DNA of 64,000 bases from Octopus vulgaris (GCA_951406725.2 OX597815.1:126108001-126172000), one strand, 5' to 3'; shown: positions 27,898 to 42,585, numbered from the stretch's first letter. The notes: generated by a model from the sequence alone, not told the origin. Translations and numbers: made by a program.

Positions 27898-27946
<49 letters not shown>

Positions 27947-27993
27947 ATATATATATATATATAAATAAAGGGGTTTGTATGATTGTATATAGA

Positions 27994-28034
<41 letters not shown>

Positions 28035-28132
28035 GTATGCATGTATTTCTCTCTTTCTCTTGCTGTACATACATACACACATACATACCTACATAATACA
28101 TTCATACATACATACATACATACATACATACA

Positions 28133-28163
<31 letters not shown>

Positions 28164-28499
28164 GTATATATATGTATATAGAAATGGCTTTATATTATAT
28201 TATGAAATTATGAAGGGCGAAAGACATTTATATAGCATATGTGCTCTACTGGGACATCAAGTCTATTCGATCAGAGATCAAAATATAGACTCTGTAGATA
28301 TTCATAGACGAAACCATTTAAGACGACCGTAGAGATTTACCTATGTAGGATGGTGTTGGTAATTTAGAGTAATTCTGATTATTAGTGGGCGGTAAAAATC
28401 TAATAAAGTAAAAAATATTTTTATAAATAGCAACGACAAGGGAAAAGAATGAAGAGAAGCAAGAAAAAAATAATATACTGAAAGTAATGTACTATTGCA

Positions 28500-28578
28500 A
28501 TCGGAATTTAAACGGGAAAAGATCATAATGCTTTATGATCTTTTCCCGTTTAAATTCCGATCATAATGCTTTATGATC
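28500..28578. repeat. Perfect 29-bp hairpin with a duplicated apex
   Basis: atcggaatttaaacgggaaaagatcataa-tgct-ttatgatcttttcccgtttaaattccgat, then gatcataatgctttatgatc again. Confidence 0.9.
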
Positions 28579-28873
28579 AGTCTTAAAATGACCAGTGACA
28601 ATTTAAAAGGGTAAATAAATATTTATATTGTGAGGGGAGTGTCTAAAGTGTGTAGGTGTCGTATGCTAATTTCTGTATGAAGGTGTATATGTGTGTGTTT
28701 TGATGAGATGTCCGTGTGTGTATGAGTATGCCTGTTCGTGTGTATGCAAATGTAGGCCGATGCCTTTGTGTGAGTGAGTGTGTGTGTGTGTGCGTGTGTG
28801 TTCGAGTGTTTGCGAATGTCTGCATATGCTTGTCTATGTGCGTGTGCGTGTATCTACGTATCTATCTATCTGC

Positions 28874-28944
<71 letters not shown>

Positions 28945-29865
28945 CCTATCTATCTATACATACATACATACATACATACATACATACATACATACATACA
29001 TACACACACACACTATGTGTACAGGTTTAATTAAAGTTTTATAGAACATTTGGTATTTGATGTTTAATACAAAAAAAACCCATTTTTTTTTAATAACTAA
29101 ATGAAGCAATGCAAAAATCTAAATAAAATAACATACAATAAATTTGATGCACAAAATCAGGGCTGAATAGATCAAAGGATAAAAGCTTATGAGAAAATAC
29201 CGGAAAAAACGTGTGTGCTTGTGTGTGTGTATGCGTGCGCGCGCGCGCGTGTGTGTTTGTGTGGGAGGGTGTCTCTCTGTCCCTCCCTCCCCACCTCTCT
29301 CTATCTACCTATCTACTTACACACAAGCTAGCAGAATCGTTAGCATGCTGGAAAAAATACTTAGCGATATTTCTATCAACCGTGGTTGATTTTGCCTTTC
29401 GTAATATTCGGGGTCGATAAATAAAGTACCAGTTGAGCACTGGGGTCAGCATAATCGACTTACCGACTCCCCTTGTGCCACACACATACACATTCTCACA
29501 CACTCACACACCCACACACACACACACACACATATATACAAAGAGACAAAGCGGAGAGAGAATTATATATAGTCGCTTATATTTCTAATCAGCAGAGTTG
29601 AAAAGGTCAGAATTTAGTTCATTTATTGAATACCAACAGCACGTGTATGAAATATTTTGGTTGGACTTGTATTTAGTTCAAAAGAAATCTTGAAATGCAG
29701 TGAATAGTTCCTTGAAGAAGCGGAGTAAGTAATTACCACCCAAATGCACACTAAAATGCAGATTTTTTGTAATGTGCACTAACTTCCTGCAGAAACCTAT
29801 GTAGGTACAAACGTGATTAACTGCAGAAAACTGAATATATAAATTTTTGTTCTCCTTAATTATAA

Positions 29866-29900
<35 letters not shown>

Positions 29901-30210
29901 TGTATGTATGTATGTATGTATGTATGTATGTATATAAAATTCAATTTTGGGGGATTAATCGATATGCAGGTATTCTACTTCAAATGATACAAAAATAACC
30001 TAATAAGTATATCTGACAGTAAACTCATGGCATCAGTTCGCACGTCACGAAATAATACTTAAAATATGTAACCAAAATTACCATCAGGGTATATAATATA
30101 TTTCATTAATTATATCCTACTTCAGTTAATACTTATATTCATTAAATATGAAGGAACTACACGTGTTTCAGTATTGGAAGATTACAATATATATACATAT
30201 ACACAATTGT

Positions 30211-30263
<53 letters not shown>

Positions 30264-30908
30264 CATATATGCAATCGTCAGATTTACAATTATTCCAACA
30301 CATCTTCAGGTTCTATTTCAAAATATAATATATCTAATTTTACATCCCTTTAAAAATAAGCAATATAAGTAAGCATTAATGATTAAAAATGAAAGATTAA
30401 AAATTAAGAATAAAAATTATACTTTGTAATATTAAGAATTAAAATTTATGAATTATGCATTATAAATATGAATTAGTATATATATCAATCATGTAAAATC
30501 AAGTATGTGTCGAATACAGAATGTGAGATATAAGATTAAACATCAGAAGAAAAATGTCTGTTTAAATGTGATGTATAGCAAGACAAATTCAAACACATGT
30601 TTTCGTCTCAACACATACCCATGCGAGCATTGACGTCGCACAGTAATATGTATACGCAATTGCAAAAATATACAGTAAAGTAGAATTTACATCTTTCTCA
30701 CCACGTGTTATTTATCAAAATATCGTCGCGGTGGATGCAACTTTGATCCGGAGTTAAATTGTTATATAATATTTATATAATAAAGGATAAAATCATAGCA
30801 CGAAAATAAAAACCTTATAGGTAAATTTTCTAAATATAATATTAATAATTATATACATAATTATAACAAGGAATCGGCAATACGCCTCTCCACGCGCTCA
30901 AAATAGAC

Positions 30909-30946
<38 letters not shown>

Positions 30947-32974
30947 CATGTCTGAAACTCAAAGGCCACCCTTGTCGATTTTGCCTTTATTTATATATAC
31001 GGTGTCGATAAATGAAGTAGTAGTTGAGCAATGGAGTCAACGTAATCGACTTGCTGACTCCCCTCTTTTTTAACTTTTTTAGTGGGTATTCTATTAAAGT
31101 TGATTGTGTTTTAAACAAGTTTTGCGTACAACATTGTTTTGCTACATATTCTACACCTATTATCTCCATAGTCCTTCATGGAGAATTCTGAATTCAGTGC
31201 AGTTTTTTGATAAATCATTTATCTACGTCATTCCTAATGTTACACGTATTTCATGAATAATAATATGCGTTAATTAAAAAATCTTAATAAAGAGATTACG
31301 TAAAAAATTGCATAGCACATGTAAATAACCTTTAAAAAATCATATTAGACTTCAGACAGTATTATGGTATCAACAAACATAGCTACTGTAGTTATGATCA
31401 TTCATACTGTAATACTGTCCAGTTCTTATTACCATCCTTAAAGATTATTCACGTGTGTTACGCTGTCGCTGAAGATTTCATATTGTAAACTGTATATGCT
31501 TTCCATAATTAACACACACATACACACACACACATACAAAAGTGTGTACACAAACACTTTTGTATACATGTCTATTTATGAATAAATGTATGTCTATGTA
31601 TACACATGAGTATACGAGTCAGAGGCAGGAGAGTACTACTGTCCCAAATCTCGGTTAGCAGGAAGCAAATATCGGACAGACATCAGAATGATTCCAAATT
31701 AACTGCTGAAAAGTTAACCAAAATTCTTGATAAACAACGTTCCTAAATTTCTTTCCATTATTTGTTCATAGATAGAAAAATTAACTCAACGATATCATTT
31801 CTTCCAGTTACCTCCTTTGTTACACTGCGGTCTCATTTTCGTTAATTACTGGAAATCCACGAACTTTCTAGTCATCCTATATTTAATCTGTAACAATGTT
31901 TGTATGACTTCTGCGATGCAAATCTGAACTCGCTCACGCTGAGATCTGTTTCCTAGTCTCGTCGATCAGCACTATAGTGGTCAATCACCCCCAAAACACC
32001 GCTATACCGGTCTCCCACCCATTGCTTCTTCTTGTCAGATACCAAATCCAAATGATGTACGCTAAATCTCACTAGAAAAAGGAAAATATAGGTTTTATCG
32101 TGAACGTATCAAATGTGTTGATTGACGTATCGAATGCAGCAAGTAAACAGATTCTGATTGCAAAGGGAAAACACTTTGGTATTAGTCACGCTATTTTTAA
32201 GAGAAGACATTTAGCACCAAGTCGTTCAGATAAAGACAGGAGTGTTGATGCTAAAAACGATATGGCTACGTAGCTAAGTATTTCGGTTTGCAACCACAAG
32301 CTTCTTGGATCAGTTCCATTGTCTTCAACTACATATCCAGGCTGACCAGTGCCTTGTGAGAAAATTTAATTAGCAGAAACTATGGAGAAATCCGCCATAC
32401 ATACAGAAAGACAGACAGAGAGACAGACATACTTCGAAGCGACAAGTCGCGTATTTAGCGTAGGAGACTATATATCAAAAATACGATGAATACTATCTCC
32501 AATTTTGGAGCCACAACTATCAGCCTTATAAAATAACTGGTTAATCTTCAGATGAATTAACTGGGGGAGCCTTTTATTCACGATAGTAGTGATTATCGAC
32601 TGAAAATTAGCATACAGAGTTTCTACAAACAACATGGCTGTACACAACATCAACAGCACAATCGAGGAACAGAACGAAAGCAACAGCTCAACAGGTATAC
32701 TCATGAGAATACATACATAAAACATACAAATCTGCACATACATAACACATACATACATACATACATACATACATACATACATACATACATACATACATAC
32801 ATACATACATACATACATACATGCATACACACGGACGTACGTATATACAAACAAAAATACCCTGTTGTTGCTGTTGAAATTCCAATGAAGGAACCTTGGA
32901 TCTAGGTTAGAAACCGGTTTTGTTTCTATTGGCAAGAAATCTTGAAATAAACTGAATAATGACATACATACATA

Positions 32975-34251
32975 CGAGGGGCGTTCAATAAGTAATGCCC
33001 CCGACCCACTTCCCATAGCAGTAGAGCAACGAAACTTGGCACAGTTATTGGTCTTTTTCTACATAGGAACCACCCAGAGTTACGCATTTCTTCCATTGTT
33101 TGATGCTGCTCTGGAGACCGTTTTTGTAGAAGACCCCAGCTTGGTCCTCCAACCACGACGTGACTTCAGAAATCAAGGCTGCATCATCTGGGAAACGCTT
33201 TCCTTTCAAAAACAACTTCATGATTGGGAAGAGGTGTAAATCAGAGGGTGCAAGGTCAGGAGAGTAGGGGGATGGGGGAGGAGTTAATAGCCGCACGCCT
33301 GTGCTTCTGATCTGGCGACACGCGAGTTGTGGACCGGAGCGTTGTCCTGCAGGAGGTGGATGCCTTTGCTGATCTTGTCCCGCCTCTTGATTTTGATAGC
33401 TTCTCTTAATTTCCTCAAAAGTGAAGCATAATAGGCTCCTGTAATTGTGGTACCATTTGCCAGGAAATCTGTCATCACTACTCCGTCCTGGTCCCAGAAG
33501 ACTGAGCATGGCCTTGCCAGCGGAGGGCTGCACCCTTGCCTTCTTTGGAGGAGGTGAGTCACGGTGCTTCCACTGCATTGACTGGGCTTTGGTCTCTGGA
33601 TCATAGTGATGGACTTAGGTTTCATCCTGTGTAATCAGTCTTTTGAAAAATTTTGACTCATCTTCTTGGCACATCTCCAAATTCATCCTCAAGCACTCGA
33701 TGCGTTCTTGCTTCTGGAAAGGTGTGAGCAGCCTGGGAATCCATCTGGCAGACACCTTTTGCATATGCAAATGGTCATGAATGATAGTTTCCACAGACCC
33801 GGTACTAATCTTGACCTCATGGGCTATTTGGCGAATAGTTATGCGTCGATCTTCCAAAATGGCAGCATCAACTTGACGGACAGATGCCTCATCAATGGCA
33901 GAAGGGGGCGACCAGATCTGGGAGCTGTTTCCACAGAGTTCCGACCATGTTTGAATTTACGAAGCCAGCATTTTACAAGGTCATATGATGGGGCATCATC
34001 ACCATAAGTTACTTTCATTTCATCAAAAGTCTCCCGTGGTGTGCGTCCTTTCAAATACAAAAACCGGATCACTGCTCGACACTCAACAGGCTCCATTTCA
34101 CACTTGACTCAGTTCAAATACCTGTAAATCAGAAACCACAATTAGTTCAGGGCTGTAATCTATAGAGATATAAATAATTGCACATGCAAAATTTCAGCTA
34201 GATCAAACAACTGCAAGTGGGTCAGAGTCATTACTTATTGCACGTCCCTCG
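32975..34251 (-). mobile_element. Full-length mariner element (irritans-like), ~1.28 kb, TA TSD
   Basis: TIRs cgaggggcgttcaataagtaatgcccccgacccact and cgagggacgtgcaataagtaatgactctgacccact, both flanked by TA inside (CATA)n. Confidence 0.95.
33045..34096 (-). pseudogene. Frameshifted mariner DD34D transposase
   Basis: MEPVECRAVIRFL..., WIPRLL, ITQDET, LLQDNAPVH and YSPDLAPSDLHLF split over four ORFs. Confidence 0.93.
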
Positions 34252-34301
34252 TACATACATACGAACATAAATACATACATACATACATACATACATACAT
34301 G

Positions 34302-34378
<77 letters not shown>

Positions 34379-34437
34379 ATATGTGTGTGTGTGGATATAT
34401 ACATTTATACATATATATATATACATATGTATGTATG

Positions 34438-34482
<45 letters not shown>

Positions 34483-34779
34483 CTATATATATATATGCAT
34501 GTATACGTATATATGTATGTATGTACGTCTTTGTGTCTGTAACCGTCACCCACCACTTGACAACATTCCGCTACATAGTGGGATATAAACAAACGTAAGA
34601 GGCGATAAAGTAATTACTACATTTTAAAATAAACACGGAGGTCGTTTTGTACGATCAGACCGTTTAAGGTGGTGCTCCAGCATGGCCGCAGCCCAATGAC
34701 TGAAGCTAAAGATTAAAAGAATATAACCCATACAACTTTACAGACTAACGCCAAATGCATTTTTGTTAATGGTGTGTCA

Positions 34780-37350
34780 AAATTCTTTGAGTTTCTACAC
34801 AGCCGGGATCTTCCTAGTGACAAAATTGATTCTGAAGTGAATGTGAGCCCTAATACTTTCGCTTGTGTCACTTTCTCCATAGCACAACCTCGTTGAAATT
34901 GGACCAAAGCAATCAATTGTAACCTAATATAAACCAAAAAAATTGTCAACGTCTCTAGCTTGGGAATTTTAACTGGACAAAATTCTTGGAGAAAGGTTTT
35001 TGTTATGATTAAATATGAGTGGCTTCTATAGATTTAAAGTTTGTCATTTGCATAATTATAAGAAGCACAAATATCAAACTTTAATAATTATAGTAAATGT
35101 ATCTGTAAAAGTGAAAACACGGAATCATAAGATGCAAACAGTGCTTGACATTTGTAGGTGATGGATAGATAATTGGGTAAATGCGAAGCATAGTAAAGTC
35201 GGTGTTAGATCAATAAAATTCTATACACAAAACGTAAGTAACGCGGAAACGGGAGGACTTGATATTTATTATGGAAAGTCTTTATTTACTAACTCAAGGA
35301 TGTCATGCCGAGTCACTGATATTAACAATGGTAACATTCTTTTTAAGTTCTACATCTTCAGTTCAAGGAGAAATGCAGAAAAATCAGTTTGATGCACATT
35401 GTGCAAAACGAAATTCTTAAAATATCATGGCTTCGGTTGTTTTAGCATAGGAAATTATGGGAAAAAGTGATTCGGCTATTTCATCATCATTGATGAAATG
35501 TACGACATCAATGGAGTTGAACCACTGCCATATGCCTCGGCCCTAGAGGCACCTATGAAGGAGAAATCAGAGAATCTTTCATCACATGTTATACAACGTC
35601 TTCTACAGAAGCAAATGTTCTTTATGAGTTACTCATATATGTATTCTGGAAGCTGGAGCTAAAACATGACAAAATCATTGGAAAAGGTTTTATTAACACA
35701 ATAAATGTGAACTGTTTATAGGGGTTCGGCTACAAGAATAAAGCAGTGTTCTCCGTTTGCTATCTATGCTCATTGTTAAAATCACTTTCTAAATCTTACT
35801 ATCCAAGAAAGAAATAGTGATGCTGAATTATTTCTGTAACGATTCAGGAACTACTCAGTCTTTACAATTTCTGAAAGCCAGGCACAGACGACATGTACGC
35901 TTTAAAGCACTACAACACAGAGACCTAATCTCAAAATGTATATGGTTGTTCCTTAGATATGAAGAAATAAAACCTTAGTAGAGTGATTACCTCATATCGG
36001 TAAGACATTCTTGACTTGGCAAGGGATTCAGACGTCCAGAACATATGAGAAAAGCAATGCATTATTGAAAATTACGTATGGTTTTAATATGATCAAGCAG
36101 ACTCCAAAGAGGCTGGTGCTGGTCTGCGTCGGCAAGACTTATATTAAGCAGTAAAATCGATAAAAGAGCACAGTGGAGTTGTCTTTGGGAAAGGAAAATA
36201 AGATACTTCGGAAAGGGTCATACTTATGGGGAAAAGTTGAAATGAGAGAAATTAATGAGTGACAGCAGATTTTGTTATCTGAATTGGATTTGCTGAAAAT
36301 AATACTGTCACGCACAAACAACCCCAGCAAATAGAAGGACTTTAGACGTGATAACAGTGAGAAGGATAAGTACAGCAACCGCGGAAATTTGCCAATAAAA
36401 TTTTGAAGACGCTAATATATTGGAGAGTAAGGTGAAAATATCAAAGAAGTTATACGAGATACATGGTTCTCATTCAAGGAAGTAAACATTCCATGGAGAA
36501 AAGGATGCCAATTGTAAGTCATCGTTAATGACTCGACCCAAAATCACCTCTGGCTCAAACTGTTAATGTATATATATATACCTATTATATCACTCTGAAT
36601 AAGGTTATTGTGAAAAAAGAGGATCACGATATAATAGTAATGATCAAAATATACTTTGCATTCTCGTCAATATTATCATTAATCCTAAAGCATTAGATGA
36701 CTTTATGAGCGCTATCAACTTGTTGCATCACATTATGGTATGAATCGAGATCCAAAGACGGAAAAATGCAACCTCTATCAAGTGTGACACGAAATATGCA
36801 TACCCATCAAATTCAGAGGCAATTTCAAGTGGTGATGTTGCAAACTTTTGCAGCATTGATTTTTTTGACATATTGCCTATCTTCAACAATATCGACAGTA
36901 TCTTTGCAATCATTGTTACCAATGGGGTGTCAGGTGAATTCGTTCGTTCTTTCTACTTGGCACTCCATAATCATATGTCTGAAAAACGGTAAAATTTATT
37001 CAAATTTCAGAAGCGATAAACAAAAATTGTAGAAGAACAGATTTACAAAAGCCATAAAAGCACCTTTTTTTTTTCGTGTTAATTCAAATAATGCTGGAAA
37101 GGATTAAAATAAATCAGGGAAAAGATAACAGACAAATGAATTATTTTGAGTTCTGCAGGGCGCTCCTTCAATGACCTCAAACAATTTGAGACACATGCGA
37201 AAAGTGTAATGTATAAAACACTACTAAACAGAATGGAAATGCTAGATATACAGCCAAGTATAACAAAATTGTTAGGTTCACAAAAAAGAGTGGCAAAAAA
37301 CCTTGAAGATTCATATTGCGTAATTCATGTTTTGAAATTAGTACTTTAAA
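34780..37350 (+). mobile_element. Decayed hAT transposase (ZMYM1-like)
   Basis: VQNEILKI (~35400), IIIDEMYDINGVE (~35485), AIYAHC*NHFLNL (~35760), and SSAGRSFNDLK...TLLNRM (hAT dimerisation domain, 37146-37349). Confidence 0.7.
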
Positions 37351-38016
37351 GTATGCAAATTTAGAAGTCAGTTCAGATTCCCTGCACCATTCTAAACAAA
37401 AGGTTTCGTGCGGTCATACATGCGTGTATATACACATAAACACACACACACACACACACGTGTGTGTCTGAGCAAGTGCACGTACGTGTTTATCTGTATT
37501 TATATATGTTTGTATGTACGTATGTATGTATATATGTATGTACGTATGTATGTATATATGTATTCACACATGCACAAATATGTAAGTATCGCAATTACTT
37601 TATGTAATGCTGCTGATTGCGTGGGAAAGTATCCTCACGTCTTCAGTAAGGGTTTCGTTATTTAGAATTTCTATTTGCCCTACATGTACACAACGCTGCT
37701 ATTGCTCTCTCTATAATGATGTAATGCATTTATTTATTTCTCCACCACATACATATCTAAGAAATAATTAATTCGGAAGATAAAATCATAACGATGTACC
37801 AATCTATAGAAAATTGAAAAATGATAACATACTCAATGATAAGAGAGATTGCTTCTTCACAAAACACGCATTTTTCTATATTACTGGATTCAGAAAATGA
37901 GATATCTGTCTCTCGGAGAAGTATTACATTCTATTACCGTCTATTATTGATAAGTAAACTAAAGTGAATTCAACAGTTTTGTGAGTTTCAAGCAGGTAAC
38001 ATGACGCTTTCAAGTT

Positions 38017-38048
<32 letters not shown>

Positions 38049-38545
38049 TGAGGTCTGATCAATAAATATCTGGACTGTTGCCATGGTAACGAAGCTAAAG
38101 CAGGGAGAGTGAAGCAGCCTGGCAAAGATTAACCTTGAACTCTGCTGTACATGCGCACTAAGTTTTAACGTTCTAGCTCACTTCCGTTGTTTACAGAAGT
38201 GCTTGGAAGGTAGTAGTGTAGCGTGTGATCGTTGCATTGACCATGACATGGCGATACCTGCTCGGAAGCCTACGCAAGGTTGCAGAAAAGGTATGGAGAG
38301 GAGTTTATAAGTTACACACAAGTGCATGTGTGGGTCAGGCGTTTCCAAGATGGCCGAAAAATGTCGATGTTGACGAACGTTCTAGGAGACCTGCAACCAG
38401 CAAAACTGAGAAAGACATCGTAGATGTGTGTGCACCTGTAAGGGGAAATCGTCGAATCACCATCTGTGAGATATCAGAGGGTGTGCAGATTAGTTTCGAT
38501 TCAGTTCAGTCCATTGTCACTGAAGATTTGTGTATGAGATTTAGG
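38049..38545 (+). mobile_element. 5' part of a mariner element
   Basis: TIR-like tgaggtctgatcaataaatatctggact; DERSRRPATS...NRRITICEISEGVQISFDSVQSIVTEDLCMR (HTH region). Confidence 0.8.
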
Positions 38546-38616
38546 TATATATATATGCCACAGAAACCAGCAACACGGCCCAATTGGTCTATATGATTCT
38601 GGAAGGATCTTTATCG

Positions 38617-38676
<60 letters not shown>

Positions 38677-38814
38677 TGTCTGAACATCTAAACAACTTTA
38701 TTTGTTGCAATGGTACTGATGTAGTGTTCACTATATTGTTAGAGTTATAATTATACATCTACCTATCTCAGTATATACATACAGAAATAAATAAATGTGT
38801 GTGTATGTGTGTGT

Positions 38815-39102
38815 ATAAAACGAAACTCCAACAACTATTCTGCCTATATGTCTGTTCAAACCTTTCAATGCAATGCATGCCAGAATATTTGCAGGTCTAA
38901 CGGAGGCCTCAAAAGACATTTTAAGATCCACAAAGATCCGAACTTATCTGCAGCTCTTGGTGATCCAAATCGGATATGCAATCTATGTGGGTGTCCTTTC
39001 AAAACATTGTCTGGTTTAAAAAGCCACATCAGATGCCATGATGGTTCTAAGGTGTAGGTACATGAGGTGGTCAAACTCTGCATAAGGAGTAGACAACCAC
39101 CA
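38815..39102 (+). mobile_element. RTE-like LINE 3' end with two C2H2 fingers
   Basis: CNACQNICRSNGGLKRHFKIH and CNLCGCPFKTLSGLKSHIRCH, a stop, a short UTR (tggtcaaactc...caaccacca) and then a microsatellite. Confidence 0.65.
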
Positions 39103-39542
39103 TATATATATATATATATATGTATGCATGTTTGTATGTATATATGTGTGTGTTTGTGCATATGTATGTATACATATATATGCATATGTATACATATCCA
39201 TACACATCCATATACATAAGCACAGGCACGTGTGTGTGTGTGTGTGTGTGCGTGCGTGCATGCGTGCGTGTACGAGAGTGTACGTGTGCATGCGTATGTA
39301 TGAATACATGTCTGCAAATATATATTTCTATAAATTATATATTTGTAGAAAAAGTGAGAGAAAGAAAAGCGTTGGACAGCTTGACACTTCCATACATAGA
39401 TTGCTGGACATATGCGAACATATATGTATATATATATGCAAACGTTTTCTCATTTACACTTGCATGAATGCCTCACAAACATCCACATACACACGCACAC
39501 TCTCCAATGCATATGTCAACAGACTCATTAGGAAACAGAAAT

Positions 39543-39676
<134 letters not shown>

Positions 39677-39812
39677 GAAATGGACACAAACAATCCAAAA
39701 ATTGCAAGAAAACTATAAAAAAGGAAAATAAATGAAACATATGCAGTGTTAGATAAGAAATCAATACTGTCAACATGTCCAAAGTTTTGGAAACTTCTTT
39801 TCAAACACACAC

Positions 39813-39991
<179 letters not shown>

Positions 39992-40102
39992 TATATACAC
40001 GGTATACAGATATATACGCATATACACATATAGATAAATAAATAAATAAATAAATAAATAAATATATGTATGTTTATGTATGCATGTATGTATATGTATG
40101 TA

Positions 40103-40143
<41 letters not shown>

Positions 40144-40795
40144 GTATGTATATGCATGTGTATATACATGCATACACATATGCACACAATATTGTGGAAA
40201 TAATAGATGTGAAAAAAATTTGTGGGCAAAAAATTGTATGAAAAGTTTTCAAGATACTTCAAACTTCATCATGACAGCTTTTTACTTTCACATAAACATA
40301 CACCGAAACGCACACGCACGCATACACAAGCACACACGCATACGTCCCATGAAAGCACACATATACACAATCACACATAAAAGAAAGAACTGTAGAAAAC
40401 TGCACGTCAAATGAGAACACTAAAGAAAAATAATTGAACATGAGAAAGCAGCAGCAGCCGTAGTATTAGCAGCAGAAGTAGTAGTAGTAGTAGTAGTAGA
40501 AGTAGTAGTTGTAGCAGCAGCAGCAGTCGTTCAAGGATTTGGACCTGGAGATCTCCATTTCTAGCGACTTCGAGGGCCACCTCCCAGTGGTGTCGGGCGT
40601 CAAGGAAGAGCCCTCGACTACAAGACGATCAAACTTTTCTTTTCCAAGGTCTGGGGTCTCCCCCCCCCCCAAGCCCTAGACCATCACCTAATCACTCTTA
40701 CCCGTCTTGTTGCTCAACAGCAACAACAACAACAGCAGCAGCAGCAGTAGTAGTAGCAGTAGTCGTAGAAGTAGTAGTAGTAGTAGTAGTAGTAT

Positions 40796-40865
<70 letters not shown>

Positions 40866-40928
40866 TTTAAGAGCAGCAGCACCAGCACCAGTAGCAGCAG
40901 CACCAGCAGCAGCAGCAGCACCAGCAGC

Positions 40929-40967
<39 letters not shown>

Positions 40968-41479
40968 CCAAAAATGTGTTTGCTTCTTATTGGTTTTGGA
41001 AGCCAGCCCGTCGAATTCAAAACTCCAGCCTTCTTAATTTTGTGTGACATTTGTTCTGCTTAAGGACCACCTGAAGAGTACACTCTTCTATGGAATACTC
41101 AACCACTTTCCTACTCATTCAGTAAACAGTTTGTTCAGCTGATTGAACACCTGAAAACTCATCGTCGAAACTGCCGGAGATCCATTAACTTTTAAAACAG
41201 TTATTGTTACATTTAAAGGTTAAATTTCCCTACACACACAAAAAGAAAAATACAAACAAACAAAAAATTAAAAGAGGCTAGAGTAAATGGCAAAGCATCT
41301 GAACACTGCACTTTTAGCTAAATGCTTCGATTCTGGTATTGAAAGGCATACCGAGCTAATTCAGCGGAAAATGTTGGGTACCATCATTACAAATAGATAG
41401 TGTAAGCGGGTTAAAAGACAAAGTAAATATGAAATAATAATAGATATATTATAATAATATTTTAGAAGTGACATTGTTG

Positions 41480-42250
41480 CCACGTTCTAATGGAGAAATT
41501 GACCGTGACCATTTATTTTATGCTAAAGAAAGGTTCAGAAACTGTTAGATAAAATTCGTTAGGAGAGGTACAACGTGTTATAGCCACATACAGTTTTCGG
41601 TAGACTTTTATGGTCACGTGATATCCGATTCCTAGAAGGCAGTAAAACCTACTCTGAATGTGTGCTGAACACCCCAACGAAGAAGTGAAATGGTATGAGA
41701 AGCTGGTAACTACATCTTGAATATAAGAGATATAGAGTGGTTGCACGAGGGGCGTGCCATACAAGCCTGGAAGATCAATCATATCAGCATCATTTCAAAC
41801 TTGTTAGGCACTATTATAACAAACATCTGCTGAAAGATGGTACAAGACTGGGAATTTTCCCAATTCAAGAAATGGGTGTAAGAATAGGGACACTTTAGAG
41901 GAAGGATGCGATAAATGCTATCCAATAATGAATGACCCATAATTCTATTAAACATTTTTGTCAAGTAGTTAGTTACCAAATTCATGGTTGTTCTTAGTAG
42001 TGCTGCCAGTACTGCAAACAAGCTGTGTCATTCTAGTAATATTCATTCAGAGCTAGCTACAGTTCATATGTTAGGCTGTAGAGAGAATTGAATTTATAGT
42101 TTGCTCTAATGAGGCTCTGTAACTTTGGATCAATCTGTAAGCAGTCATTCTCAAAGTGGACAGTGGAAAGATACAGAGGAACAATAATGAAAAAAAAGGG
42201 CCGTTGAAGAGTGATAGAGTGGTTCTTCTGCGTAGCGGCATACGATATAA
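41480..42250 (+). mobile_element. Possible highly decayed LTR-type integrase
   Basis: Weak motifs only: AIQAWKINHISII (WQxDyIG-like) and GHF near 41890 (DNGTHF-like). Confidence 0.3.
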
Positions 42251-42585
42251 TCATTTATTTATATTTATATAACTTTAAGCAGTGTTTTATTTATATTTCG
42301 TGAATGCATGTTGTACATATATAGACTAGGTTCTGATCTATATCTGTAAACCACCCCTATCTTATCGGAACTATTTCGACAGGGTGCAAGCATGACCATG
42401 TGGTTAAGAGCTAATGTCCCCACTCAGCCTTAAATGGCACCCACGGACCATGTTTTCTGGGTTATTTCCCTTCATCGGCACAGGATAACAGTTGATTTAG
42501 AGATAGCAGTACAAGGTCTTGTTCGAGGTATGCACTTTTAAAGTGACACACAGTTACTGGTCTCGTAAAGAGGAAAACCATTAGC

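Noticed and set aside
37610-37660. Minus-strand CUGAAGA followed by a cgtg/cacg stem
   Set aside because: GAAA is absent after stem II.
38797-39057. Host C2H2 zinc-finger gene
   Set aside because: No TGEKP linkers; ends in an RTE-like UTR and a microsatellite, so a LINE terminus is more likely.
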